From positions 160,001 through 224,000 of the forward strand of contig CAVZDU010000008.1 of NCBI GenBank assembly GCA_963774265.1: a stretch of 64,000 nucleotides of DNA, given 5' to 3'. The notes beneath the pieces are model-generated. The model was given only the letters and a program-made list of their open reading frames with translations, made no database searches and was not told where the DNA came from. The stretch is from an uncultured Chloroflexia bacterium. GTDB lineage: Bacteria; Chloroflexota; Anaerolineae; CG2-30-64-16. Shown piece after piece: positions 1-9,549 of this stretch; position 1 is the first letter of the stretch; each line of letters starts with the position of its first letter. The position numbers and the translations under genes are program-made.

Positions 1-693
1 CCGCGTCGAATAGCTCAGCATAAAGCGCACAGTGATCAGATCAAGGAACACTCGGAAAGTGCGGCTGATGCCGTATTTGCTCCTGCCGAACCGGCGCTTG
101 CGATCGTTGACCGGCACCTCGGCAACCTTGACGCCCATCCAACTGGCAAGGGCGGGAATGAAGCGATGCAATTCGCCGTACAGCCGGATGTTCTTAACGA
201 CCTCGCTCCGGTAAGCCTTGAGCGAGCAGCCATAGTCGTGTAAAACTACGCCCGTTGTGTCCGAGATCATCCGGTTCGCCATCATCGACGGAAGGCGGCG
301 GCTGAGGAATGGCTCTTTGCGATTCGTCCGCCAACCGCTGACAATATCGTACCCTTCATCCAGCCTGACCAGCAAGCGTCCGATATCGCCAGGATCGTTT
401 TGCAAGTCAGCATCCGAAGTGACTACAACCTCCCCGCGTGCGGCCGCAAAACCGGCTGCAAAGCCAGCCGCCTGGCCAAAGTTGCGCCGAAACCGAATGA
501 TACGCCAGCGGGAATCACGCTGATGAATCTCGCGCAATCGGGCGAAGCTATCGTCTGTGCTGCCATCATCCACGACGATAACCTCGTACGACCGACCAAC
601 CTGATCGAGCGCGGCGGAGAGCTCGCTATACAGCGGCTCAACATTCTCGGCTTCATTGTAGAGTGGGATGACAACAGAGAGGAGTGGTGTCAT
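1..693 (-). CDS. GT2 family glycosyltransferase (DPM1/ArnC-like polyprenol-phosphate sugar synthase), runs off the left edge
   Basis: Not in the ORF track. Manual translation from ATG at 693 gives MTPLLSVVIPLYNEAENVEPLYSEL..., then VDDGSTD, RRNFGQ, DADLQNDP and HDYGCSLKAYR motifs. Starts 1 nt after the upstream stop. Confidence 0.9.
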   Translation of the reverse strand, partial: MTPLLSVVIPLYNEAENVEPLYSELSAALDQVGRSYEVIVVDDGSTDDSFARLREIHQRDSRWRIIRFRRNFGQAAGFAAGFAAARGEVVVTSDADLQNDPGDIGRLLVRLDEGYDIVSGWRTNRKEPFLSRRLPSMMANRMISDTTGVVLHDYGCSLKAYRSEVVKNIRLYGELHRFIPALASWMGVKVAEVPVNDRKRRFGRSKYGISRTFRVFLDLITVRFMLSYSTR

Positions 694-694
694 G

Positions 695-1705
695 TTATGT
701 CTTTCGACGGGCCCGGCGCAGCCCTTGGCCAAGGTATAGCACCCCGCCGAGCAGCCCCGTGGCCACCGTGATTGCATAAATGCTCAGCGAAAACGCCAGC
801 GCGGTCGCCTGCGGTACGCCGGCGCTTCCCAGGAGCGCGACATACGACAGCTCACGCACTCCCAGGCCGCCGAATGCGGGCAGCAGCAACGCGGCTGACG
901 TTAATGGCACGATCACAAAGTAGAGCGCAATCGGCAGCCGCAGGCCCAGGCCAACGCCAATCATCACGTTCCAGAAGATCTGCAACAGGTTGAAGACGAT
1001 GGACACGAGGAATGCCCGCACAATCGCCCCCAGGCTATAGCTGGATAGGCCGGCTGCCACATCTGGCAGCCGCGCTAATTGCAGCAGCCGTGTCGCGAAA
1101 CCGCCGCGTTGCGCCCAATTGCGCCACCAGGGACGGGTCAATAACCAGGCAACAAAGATGCCGCCGGCCAGTAGCAAACCAATCAGCCCGAGTATGGGAC
1201 CTGGCGCCAGGTCCGGTCGGAACGCGCCAGCAACGAGGCCCATCGCCAACAACGCCATCAAACCCAGATAACGGTCGACGACGACGCTGTTCAGGATAAC
1301 GCCGATTCGCTGCGTATCCTGTGACAGTTCCACCACGCGCACCGCATCACCGCCGAAACCAGTCGGCAGCAAGACGTTGAAGAAACCGCCCACGAAATAC
1401 CACAGCACCAAGTCACGAAGCGGCCGGTGCACATTGAGCGACAGCAACAACACTTGCCACCGTATGGCTCGGACAATGACACCTATCAGGAATAGAGCCC
1501 ACGCCGCGACCAACCAGGGCAGACTGATCTGAGCCAGCGAGGTCCGCAGGTCGCCCCACTCCACTTGACGGAATGCAACGACCAGCAGGATGATGCTGAT
1601 GCCCACCTGCAGAATGCCGCGTAGGTGCCTGGTCGAAGATCGTTTCTGCTTCAAGTGTGGCGGAACTCCGGACCCGAGTATACCGTATTTGGCGACGTTT
1701 GCCAA
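695..1705 (-). CDS. Lysylphosphatidylglycerol-synthase-TM / YbhN (UPF0104) flippase-like membrane protein
   Basis: RWQVLL, FFNVLLPTGFGGDAVR, SVVVDR and GGLGVRE motifs; ~8 TM segments. Start codon uncertain. Confidence 0.85.
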   Translation of the reverse strand: MANVAKYGILGSGVPPHLKQKRSSTRHLRGILQVGISIILLVVAFRQVEWGDLRTSLAQISLPWLVAAWALFLIGVIVRAIRWQVLLLSLNVHRPLRDLVLWYFVGGFFNVLLPTGFGGDAVRVVELSQDTQRIGVILNSVVVDRYLGLMALLAMGLVAGAFRPDLAPGPILGLIGLLLAGGIFVAWLLTRPWWRNWAQRGGFATRLLQLARLPDVAAGLSSYSLGAIVRAFLVSIVFNLLQIFWNVMIGVGLGLRLPIALYFVIVPLTSAALLLPAFGGLGVRELSYVALLGSAGVPQATALAFSLSIYAITVATGLLGGVLYLGQGLRRARRKT

Positions 1706-1762
1706 TTAACCGCCCGCACCGACCGCGCCGGATGTGGCGCCTGCTGATCTCTGAACCTCTTA

Positions 1763-1771
1763 TGTTATAAT
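1763..1771 (+). promoter_or_regulatory. Extended -10 promoter (TGtTATAAT) for the GT-C gene at 1846
   Basis: TGTTATAAT in the divergent intergenic region; GGAGG RBS before GTG 1846. Confidence 0.5.
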
Positions 1772-1845
1772 CGGTCCCTGCTGATCTGTTTCACGTCGAT
1801 CCTCTGTACGATGCTCACAAACCACTCATCATTGATGGAGGTGCG

Positions 1846-4695
1846 GTGAGTGCTTCTTCTGACCCGTCGCGGCCACCCACAGATCGCTGGGCGCGCCAAG
1901 ACTGGATCATCCTGCTGGTCCTGGTGCTGCTGGCTGCCGGCCTGCGCTTCTATGGGCTCGGCGTTGTTCCGCCAGGCTTTCAGTTTGACGAGGCTTACAA
2001 CGCCTCAGATGCAGCCAACGTGTTGGCTGGTGATAGACCATTATTCCTGCCTCGCAATGGCGGTCGTGAAGTCGTTTACACCTACCTACAGGCCGCCGTA
2101 GCGTCGGTGCTGGGACTGAGCCTGTACAACCTACGCATGGTTTCTGCGCTCGCCGGGATCGCCGCTGTGGCCGCGACCTATGTGCTGTTGCGCAGCCTGC
2201 TGCGAAATACTGCCCAGCAAAACAGCCGCCGTGTCGCGGCGTTCACCAGCCTGGCCTTGGCGATCAGCTTCTGGCACCTCCACTTCAGCCATTACGGCAT
2301 CCGAGTCATCTTGATGCCGGTCCTCTTCAGCGGCGTCTGCGGTTTCTTCTGGCTTGGGTGGCGCAAGGGAAGCCTTTGGGCCTTCGCGCTCAGCGGCGTC
2401 CTGGCCGGCCTCAGCGTCTGGGCCAATCCCACGGGGCGGCTGATTCCTTTCGTCCTCATCGGATACAGCCTGTGGCAACTATGGGTTGCCGGCCGGCGGG
2501 CTGTTGTGAGGCGACTGCCCGGTCTCGTCTTGACGGCTCTCGCAGCGTTCCTGGTTTTCCTCCCACTGGGTCTGGAGTTTCTTCGCCACCCGGACTTCTT
2601 CCTGGGTCATGCCAGTGAGGTGTCTGTCTTTGCGGATCGCGTGGGCGCCGACGCGCCAATCCTGGCACTGCTCCAGCATGGGATGGCGGTGCTGGGCATG
2701 TTCAGTATCCAGGGAGATCGCGCGTGGATTCACAACCTGTCTGGCCGCCCGGTCTTCGATCCACTGCTTTCGATCCCATTCTGGCTGGGTGTCGTCATTT
2801 GGGTTCGGCGGCTGTTTCGTCGCGATGATGGCGATCGCGACGCGCTCGCGCTGCTGGCCATGTGGGCGCTTGTGATGCTGACGCCATCGGTGTTCAGCGA
2901 CGACCCTCCCAACTTCTCGCGAACTCTGCCCGCCCTGCCCGCGCTTTTCCTGGCCGTTGGACTGGGACTGACATGGATCGCGGATAGCGTGTCGAACGTT
3001 GTGGGCGGTCGACTGCCCGCGCTGCCAAAGGCGCTCCGCGATCGACATGCCGCAATCGGCCACGGATTGGTTGCAGTAATCTTGCTGGTTAGCGGGGGAC
3101 TCGCGTTTTACGACTACTTTGTGCGCTTTGCGAATGAGCCAGAAGTGTACTATGCCTATGATGCGGACAAACTGGATGCCTGGGATCAGTTGCAGGACCT
3201 TGCCGAGACAGGACAAGTCTATCTTTCAAAGCTGTGGGCCGATCACGCCACTGTGGAGTTCCTCCGGCCTGGCAGCAACATCAAGCCGCTGGACACGAGC
3301 AACACGGTCGTGCTGCCGGCGCCCGGCAGCGATGCGATCTATGCCTTGCCACCCGAGCAAGGCCAGCGTGCGGCCGGACTGGCCAGCCTGTGGTCCGATG
3401 CCTCGCGGCAGCAGATCCTTGACCGATTTGGCAAACCGCTTTTAGAAGTTGTCCGCGTGGATGCTGCCTCACTGCGTGAGCTGCCCCCAACTCTTTCACC
3501 CCAGCGTAAACTGGAGGTGGCATTTACGGACGGACCCACCCTGCTCGGCATGCAGGATGTCAACGGGCAACTCACGTTGTTCTGGCGCGCCGACTCCCCG
3601 ATGCCCCGGAGCCTGACGACTCTCCTGCACTTGGTAGATTCCGGTGGACGGCGTGTGGGCCAGGCTGACCGGATTCCTGGGGATGGCAGCTACCCGACCA
3701 CATCCTGGAACGTTGGCGAGCGAGTCATCGAGCGTTTCTTCCCGGATGTCGAGCCTTGCCTGGACGACCAACCCGTGCGAGTCCTCGTAGGCTGGTATGA
3801 CCTGGCGGCAGGCGGTGCTCGCCTCCCCCGCGTGGATGGCGGGGGCGATACGGCCCTCGCGGGCGAGGTTCACATCCCGCTGAACTCGCGCCCGATGACC
3901 GAAACACGATCCATGGAGGCCCTCAACCGTCCCCTGGCGAGTGATTTGACTTTGGCCGGTTTTCAATACGACGGGAAGCACCTCCAATCGGGAGCGCCTC
4001 TGGCGCTCGATCTGTATTGGACCGGCGATCCCGCGGCCGGCACCCGCCCGCTTGTGATCAGCCTGCATAACGAAAGCTCAGGGACTGCCGCGGATCTCTG
4101 GCAGGGATCACTGCTTCCTGCCGACGCGCGTTGGCGGCAGGATGAGATCATCTGTCGCCGACTGCGGCTGCGCCTGCCTGCCGACGCGCCGGCAGGGCGC
4201 TACTCGCTTTCCGCCAGCGTTGCCGGGCAGAGCATCGGACTGGGCGAATTGACCCTGAGCCCGTCGACGCGCCGGTTCGACGTCCCGCCTGTCGACAGCC
4301 ACTTGTCGGTCCTCCTGGGTGAGCAGGTGCGTCTGCTCGGTGCGAGTCGCCCGGTACAGACAGCGCCGGGCGAGCCGCTCACGGTGACGCTGGTCTGGCA
4401 AGCCGCTGTGGCGCCACAAGGCGCCTACACAGTTTTCGTGCACCTGGTGGACGACGCCGGAAAGATCGTCGCGCAGTCCGACGCGCCACCGGCCGCAGGA
4501 TACGCCACCGATCGCTGGCTGCCGGGCGAAGTGGTGATCGACAGTCACACGCTCCAATCCCCAGCTTCCGGCCGATACCAGCTATTAGTGGGCATGTATG
4601 ATCCCATTACTGGCCAGCGTCTGCCCGCGCAAGACGAGGCGGGACGATCGATGCCGGAGCAAGCGATCTTGTTGGGAGAGATTGACGTGCGATAG
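1846..4695 (+). CDS. GT-C fold glycosyltransferase (ArnT/PMT_2-like) with 3 C-terminal extracellular repeat domains
   Basis: N-terminal TM then PPGFQFDEA (DE motif), NGGRE, ~11-13 TMs, NLSGRPVFD. C-terminus has FVHL..G..VAQ.D..P....W..GE and GMYD..TG.RL motifs. Confidence 0.85.
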   Translation: MSASSDPSRPPTDRWARQDWIILLVLVLLAAGLRFYGLGVVPPGFQFDEAYNASDAANVLAGDRPLFLPRNGGREVVYTYLQAAVASVLGLSLYNLRMVSALAGIAAVAATYVLLRSLLRNTAQQNSRRVAAFTSLALAISFWHLHFSHYGIRVILMPVLFSGVCGFFWLGWRKGSLWAFALSGVLAGLSVWANPTGRLIPFVLIGYSLWQLWVAGRRAVVRRLPGLVLTALAAFLVFLPLGLEFLRHPDFFLGHASEVSVFADRVGADAPILALLQHGMAVLGMFSIQGDRAWIHNLSGRPVFDPLLSIPFWLGVVIWVRRLFRRDDGDRDALALLAMWALVMLTPSVFSDDPPNFSRTLPALPALFLAVGLGLTWIADSVSNVVGGRLPALPKALRDRHAAIGHGLVAVILLVSGGLAFYDYFVRFANEPEVYYAYDADKLDAWDQLQDLAETGQVYLSKLWADHATVEFLRPGSNIKPLDTSNTVVLPAPGSDAIYALPPEQGQRAAGLASLWSDASRQQILDRFGKPLLEVVRVDAASLRELPPTLSPQRKLEVAFTDGPTLLGMQDVNGQLTLFWRADSPMPRSLTTLLHLVDSGGRRVGQADRIPGDGSYPTTSWNVGERVIERFFPDVEPCLDDQPVRVLVGWYDLAAGGARLPRVDGGGDTALAGEVHIPLNSRPMTETRSMEALNRPLASDLTLAGFQYDGKHLQSGAPLALDLYWTGDPAAGTRPLVISLHNESSGTAADLWQGSLLPADARWRQDEIICRRLRLRLPADAPAGRYSLSASVAGQSIGLGELTLSPSTRRFDVPPVDSHLSVLLGEQVRLLGASRPVQTAPGEPLTVTLVWQAAVAPQGAYTVFVHLVDDAGKIVAQSDAPPAAGYATDRWLPGEVVIDSHTLQSPASGRYQLLVGMYDPITGQRLPAQDEAGRSMPEQAILLGEIDVR

Positions 4696-4737
4696 TGCGG
4701 CGTTCCGTCATCTATCGAAGCGCACACGTTGCCGATG

Positions 4738-7700
4738 CTAGTCCGATTGGATTGTAATCTCGGTGAGCATCACTCGTGCATCGGGAATTGGATCGCCGTG
4801 GGCATCCTGGGCGGGCAAACGCTGACCACCGGCTGCGGCGTCGTATAGGCCTGTGTACAACCCATAGACACCAGGAGGCGCATCTGCTTTCACCTGCAAC
4901 TGCACCCGGTCAACGACTATCTCTCCAGGCACCCATGACCATGTCGGGTTATTGCCCCCTTGCGGCAGACCGTCGTTTTGCGCTGCCATGCCAGCCGAAG
5001 GACTGTGAAGATGAATGAAGCGGGTATAGTCAATCGGAGTGGGCGTCCGGCTCTGATACGAGAGCGTCAACGTGAAGACGTCGCCAGCCTGCAGCCCTGA
5101 AGCGGGTAATTGCAGACTATATCCATTGAGAGAAACCACATCGCCAAACGTGATAGCTGTCCGGTGCTCAGGCGGAGCAGGTTCTGGACCGATCACCTTC
5201 ACCGGTGGCAGGCGGAAGTGGTCGTTTGATATCTGAGTGGTGGCGTCCTTCGTGGTCAAACGTTCCATGCTGCGAAAGTCATACAGGCCAACGGAAGGCC
5301 AGTATACGCCACTGGTTGCACCGGCAGGAATGCGCAGGAGGTAGGTGTCCGTTTGCAGGTAATACAGATCCCACAGCGCGGGCGGCTTGAACCCAGACCC
5401 TGGAAGATGGTCTTCCCCGACCAGCGGCTGTCCCAGCGAGTCTGATAGATGGATGAAGCCGTGATAGTTTTCATCGATCGGCTCGAGCGCCTGCCAGTAA
5501 AGTTGGTAGACCAGGTGATCGCGCGGTCGCACGACGACCGGTCTCTCGCCCGCCAACGGGACTTGCCGTCCGTTGCGCAGCTGGTCGAAGCCCGCCAGGC
5601 GGATCGTGTCGTCGAAACGAATATCAAGGGAGTTGGCGGGGCCCGCCTGTAGCGGGATGTCTTCCGGCACGGCTATGCTTCCGGCCAAAAGCAGCGGCTT
5701 ATCGAGCTCGGCCTGCGAATCTCCGCCGCGGAACAAGAGCTGGTAGGTGCCTGCGGACAATCCCGGCGGCAGCGGAAGTTGGTAAGCATCCCGGACAAGG
5801 GAGCCAGGCGACCAGTTGCTCGCGAGAGAAGTGTTGAAGTACGGACGTGCCGTCATGTCGGCCCTAACTTGTCCTGAGACATCCACGAGCTGCCAACGCA
5901 CGTGGAAGGTAGGAGATGGACTGGTCGTCACATGCCAGTAAGGGTAGAGATAGAGATGCGTGGGACGCTCCTGCTCTAGCCGATACCCCAACAGGCGAAC
6001 TCCGCCCATCTGCGCGCTCGTGACAACCTGCTGGACTGATTGTACGGGGCGCTGCCACAACGTACCGATGATGCCGATCATTACTAAAGCTAGCGGCAGA
6101 AGTGCAAGCCACCTCCAAACACGCTGGCGCCAGCAGAACCACGCCAGCAGCGCCAGGGCAAGAAGGCTAATCGCATCCGCTCCGCGCTGTAGAGCCGTAC
6201 CTGTCCAGCTCACACGCACTTGGTGGGTTCCCGCCGGCACATCCACGGTGAGAAGCCCCAGGTTGGTGCTTGGATATGGACTCAGCGCCCCTTCTTCGTC
6301 CACGGTGACGCGCCAGCCTGGGAAGTAGAAATCGCCGAAACGAAGAGGGCCGCCCGCTTTGCTCCCCACCGTCATAGTCAGCTCATAGGAGTTGGCGGTT
6401 TCCACGGTCAGCGTCAAATCCGGCGTCGCCTCGATGGCCGCAGGGTCTAGCATTAGAGAACGATCCGCCCAACGCGGCCGAAATTCCTGAACAGCGCTGT
6501 CCCCCTGACCGCCTTCCTCGGCGCCTTTCTCTCGTTCGGCCTGGGCGGCTACTGGCAGTGTAACCTCTGTGTCGGTTGGGCTAAATACGTCCATCCAACT
6601 CAGGTGAGGCGAATTGCCAACCAACACGAGCGTGATGAGAAGTGCGGCAGCACAAGTCTGCCGCCAATCCTGGGGAACCCGCAGCAGACACCCCCCCGCG
6701 AAGAGAGCAAGGGGCAGAGACAGAACCGAGAGCAGTCGCCATGGAAACTGGGCTACCTGTAGCACGCTGCTGCCTAGCCAAATTGGCAAGGCCCACGCGC
6801 CGATCAGCAAGCCGCTGATCAGGGCCACACCGGCGAAGAACAACCATTCTGCGTCCCTTCTACGAGCCAGAAAACAGCCGGCACCGGCGAGGCCTAGCTG
6901 TGTCAACCCCAGCCGGACCGGGCGATCGAAGGAATGGCCGAAAACCAGCCTCCTATCGAGGAAATTGTGCCAGGTCCAAACGGCATTCGGCAGCCAGATT
7001 TCCCGTGAAATTTCGTAAGCGGCTGAAGAGAGATAGCGTCGCTCCCCGATCAGGGGCAGCCAGAAGAAGGCGCTAATGCCCATCGCGAAGAAAATACCCA
7101 GCCCGACCCATCTCAAAGAAACCGGGCTGCGCTGACCCTGCCACCAGTGGAGCACCAGATAACCCACCAGAACGGGAGGCGCAAATAGCAAGGTGATATT
7201 ATGAGTGACTGCCAATCCGCCCAGGGTCAACACAAAGGGTAGGAAGTAGCGGACCGGTTGCCGGCTGTGGAGGAGGCGCCGGGCGCTCCACAAGAGCCAG
7301 GGCAGGATCGCCTGAGCACCCGCCTCCGCGATGGCTCCGCGGATGTAGATGTTGGTAAGCAAGTATGGAGCGTAGGCATAGGCCGTGGCTGCCGTCAAAC
7401 GGGCCCACGGATGATTCTCTCCGAAAACATCAGATGCGAGGAAATACATCCCGTATCCTGCCAGGAGAACCAGTGACGCCATACCGACGATGAATGCCGT
7501 ATAGTAGCTGAGGCCGAGGAGGTGCAATGCCTCGACGAGGTAGTAGGTAAGGGGGGCGTAGAAATTGAAGACCGGATAGCCATGGCCAAGCATTAGCTCG
7601 GGCGCCCAGCGAGGGAAAAGGGTGCCATCCCGCAAATGATAATCCAGCACGCCGATCCGTAACAGGTGCAACTGCCCATCGAAGGATCTGGGCAGACCCT

Positions 7701-7845
7701 CGGAAATGAAGGGCCACAGCGCGGGCAGGATCAGGATCGGGAGAAGCAGCCACATGCGATGCGATGTCCAGGCAATCGCTGCCCTGATGATCCGTGCGAT
7801 GGGGTCAACGAATCTGCGGCCGTTTCTGAAGCTCACGAAAATCAC
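4738..7845 (-). CDS. GT-C-like membrane protein (PTPS-related/YfhO-like) with 3 C-terminal repeat domains
   Basis: D..LHL.R, PRWAPELMLGHGYPVFNFYAPL, RGAIAE, QFPWRLL and YFPGWRV (YfhO-type) motifs; repeat domains at the C-terminus. Start uncertain. Confidence 0.8.
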   Translation of the reverse strand: MIFVSFRNGRRFVDPIARIIRAAIAWTSHRMWLLLPILILPALWPFISEGLPRSFDGQLHLLRIGVLDYHLRDGTLFPRWAPELMLGHGYPVFNFYAPLTYYLVEALHLLGLSYYTAFIVGMASLVLLAGYGMYFLASDVFGENHPWARLTAATAYAYAPYLLTNIYIRGAIAEAGAQAILPWLLWSARRLLHSRQPVRYFLPFVLTLGGLAVTHNITLLFAPPVLVGYLVLHWWQGQRSPVSLRWVGLGIFFAMGISAFFWLPLIGERRYLSSAAYEISREIWLPNAVWTWHNFLDRRLVFGHSFDRPVRLGLTQLGLAGAGCFLARRRDAEWLFFAGVALISGLLIGAWALPIWLGSSVLQVAQFPWRLLSVLSLPLALFAGGCLLRVPQDWRQTCAAALLITLVLVGNSPHLSWMDVFSPTDTEVTLPVAAQAEREKGAEEGGQGDSAVQEFRPRWADRSLMLDPAAIEATPDLTLTVETANSYELTMTVGSKAGGPLRFGDFYFPGWRVTVDEEGALSPYPSTNLGLLTVDVPAGTHQVRVSWTGTALQRGADAISLLALALLAWFCWRQRVWRWLALLPLALVMIGIIGTLWQRPVQSVQQVVTSAQMGGVRLLGYRLEQERPTHLYLYPYWHVTTSPSPTFHVRWQLVDVSGQVRADMTARPYFNTSLASNWSPGSLVRDAYQLPLPPGLSAGTYQLLFRGGDSQAELDKPLLLAGSIAVPEDIPLQAGPANSLDIRFDDTIRLAGFDQLRNGRQVPLAGERPVVVRPRDHLVYQLYWQALEPIDENYHGFIHLSDSLGQPLVGEDHLPGSGFKPPALWDLYYLQTDTYLLRIPAGATSGVYWPSVGLYDFRSMERLTTKDATTQISNDHFRLPPVKVIGPEPAPPEHRTAITFGDVVSLNGYSLQLPASGLQAGDVFTLTLSYQSRTPTPIDYTRFIHLHSPSAGMAAQNDGLPQGGNNPTWSWVPGEIVVDRVQLQVKADAPPGVYGLYTGLYDAAAGGQRLPAQDAHGDPIPDARVMLTEITIQSD

Positions 7846-7928
7846 GCATTTCCCAACAATCGGGATAGCCGTAGCGACTGTACGATTCTATCACAGGGAC
7901 AAGGCGCGCCCAAACACATACGATCAAG

Positions 7929-9106
7929 GATAGTGTACCGCTTTCGGTAGAAAATCCGTATCATGGTTGTGCCGGCAGTCGTGGGATGGGATAGCGGTAA
8001 TCGGCTTCTTGAGTGATCACCACGAGGATACCGTTATCGGAGTGATAGGCGCCAGCCGTGCGGATGTGGCGGCGCAGGGTGCGATTGAAGTGTTCCAGGC
8101 GACTGGTGGTGCGCAAGTGGCGCCGGTGCCAGGTGGGATGGGCTTGTTCCGGGGCAAAGTAGGCCAGGGTGGCCCGGATGTCCCGCCGGAGTGTGGCGAC
8201 GGCAGCGGGCTGGCTGGTATGGCACTTGCGCCACACAGCCAGATAACGGCGCAGGACAGTGGCGTATTCCTTTGCGGCCCAGATGACCTGAAAGTCTTTG
8301 AGGATGGTTCGCCGGCCGCGGGTGCGCTCAGGGCGAGTCAAGCCCTCGGGGAGTTGCAGGGCGTTGGCGATGTTGCGCAGTTTGTGCACCCAGCAGCGTT
8401 GGTAGGCGGCGTCAAAATTGACCATCTGGAGTGCGGCGCAGAGCCTATCGCCGCCATCATGAATGATTCAGTTGGAGGCCCTGCTCGCCGCGCACGCCCT
8501 GTGCTTCCAAGCGGGTCAGGAAGGCCAGCCACGCCTGGGTGTCTTCGCTCAATGGCGCAATTCGGCCTGCATATCCCGTAGGGAGTGGCCCATCTTGCCC
8601 CAGCGCTGTAGTTGCTCATCGACTTCATCGCTCAGGCGCTGATAGGGCCGCAGCAGCCCGCTGAAGTCCAGCTGGACGCTGCGGCCGCATTGGCACACGA
8701 CCCGCGGCAGCTCTAAACGCAGTTGATAGTCCAGACAGCTGAGGATGCGTGGACGATAGCCATTGCGGCTGAAGTAGTCGCAGTGCCGGTTCTGGCAGTT
8801 GCAGCAGCGCCCGCTTTGTTCCCAGTCCGCCGGCACGCTGACGCGCCACTCGTAGGCGGTGCGCCCCAGTAGGTGATCGACGCCCTGCGTCAAGAGCTAA
8901 TTCAACCGCTCACTCATCTGGCGCTGCACAGTCGCTTGCGCCTCATTGAAGGCTGTCGTGAGCATCGCACGTCCGTTGACTTTCCGACGTTCTGGCTGTA
9001 GGCTCAGCATGGTGGAGTGTCCTCCCGGTAGGCAGTGGTTTGTACGACCCTTACCTTACCAGGTCTGCGCTCCACCGCACATTCCCACCGAAAGGGATAC
9101 ACTACC
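7929..9106 (-). mobile_element. Decayed IS256-family insertion sequence with 26-bp imperfect terminal inverted repeats
   Basis: 7929-7954 GATAGTGTACCGCTTTCGGTAGAAAA vs reverse complement of 9081-9106 GGTAGTGTATCCCTTTCGGTGGGAAT (20/26 identical); encloses a transposase pseudogene. Confidence 0.8.
7961..9010 (-). pseudogene. IS256/mutator-family transposase pseudogene
   Basis: GGAGG + ATG at 9010 (MLSLQPERRKVNG...), in-frame TAG near 8898, HLLGRTAYE and RNGY motifs, break near 8550-8430, then QRCWVHKLRN (CxxH) and LRTTSRLEHFNRTLRR. Much of the DDE core appears missing. Confidence 0.8.
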
Positions 9107-9512
9107 GCCGATGCGGCTGGGTGAACAGATCCACTTTCTGGGGTACAATATCTCTTCGGAAGATGGCATCTTCTTCCTGGCGTTGTTTTGGCGGCCGTCT
9201 GCACCCGTGGTGGAGAAGTATAAGGTGTTCGTACACCTGCTCGATAGGGTGAACAACATTGTGGCACAAAATAACAGCATACCGGTGGGAGGCTTACGGC
9301 CTACAGACAGCTAGGGCAAGAATGGCGAAGAGGAGGTCATTGTCGATAATTATGCAATCACTACCCCGGATGGCTCCGGCTCGGCGCCGCTCAAATTCGC
9401 CCTGGGCATGTACAGTACCGTCACGGGCGTGTGAATACCGATCTACCATTCTCACGGACAGCGCCAACCTAACGATGCAATCTCGGTGGAAGACATCCCG
9501 TTCGGACCATAG
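9107..9512 (+). pseudogene. 3' remnant of a GT-C gene (single C-terminal repeat domain) with two premature stops
   Basis: LGEQIHFLGY..LALFWR..YKVFVHLLD..VAQ..P.GG..PTDS*(TAG where paralogs have W)..GMY..VTGV*(TGA where paralogs have R)IP...; begins exactly at the IS TIR. Confidence 0.8.
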
Positions 9513-9549
9513 AGAGTGGAGTAAACACCCTGGCTGAAGTGGACATGCA

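Noticed and set aside
8946-9106. 5' part of ORF 8946-9314 as a real gene start
   Set aside because: Lies inside the IS (transposase start region and TIR); GT-domain similarity begins only after 9106.
9312-9435. TAG/TGA read-through (pyrrolysine/selenocysteine) in the GT remnant
   Set aside because: The stops replace conserved Trp (TGG to TAG) and Arg (CGA to TGA) by single transitions in an IS-truncated fragment; this is ordinary decay.
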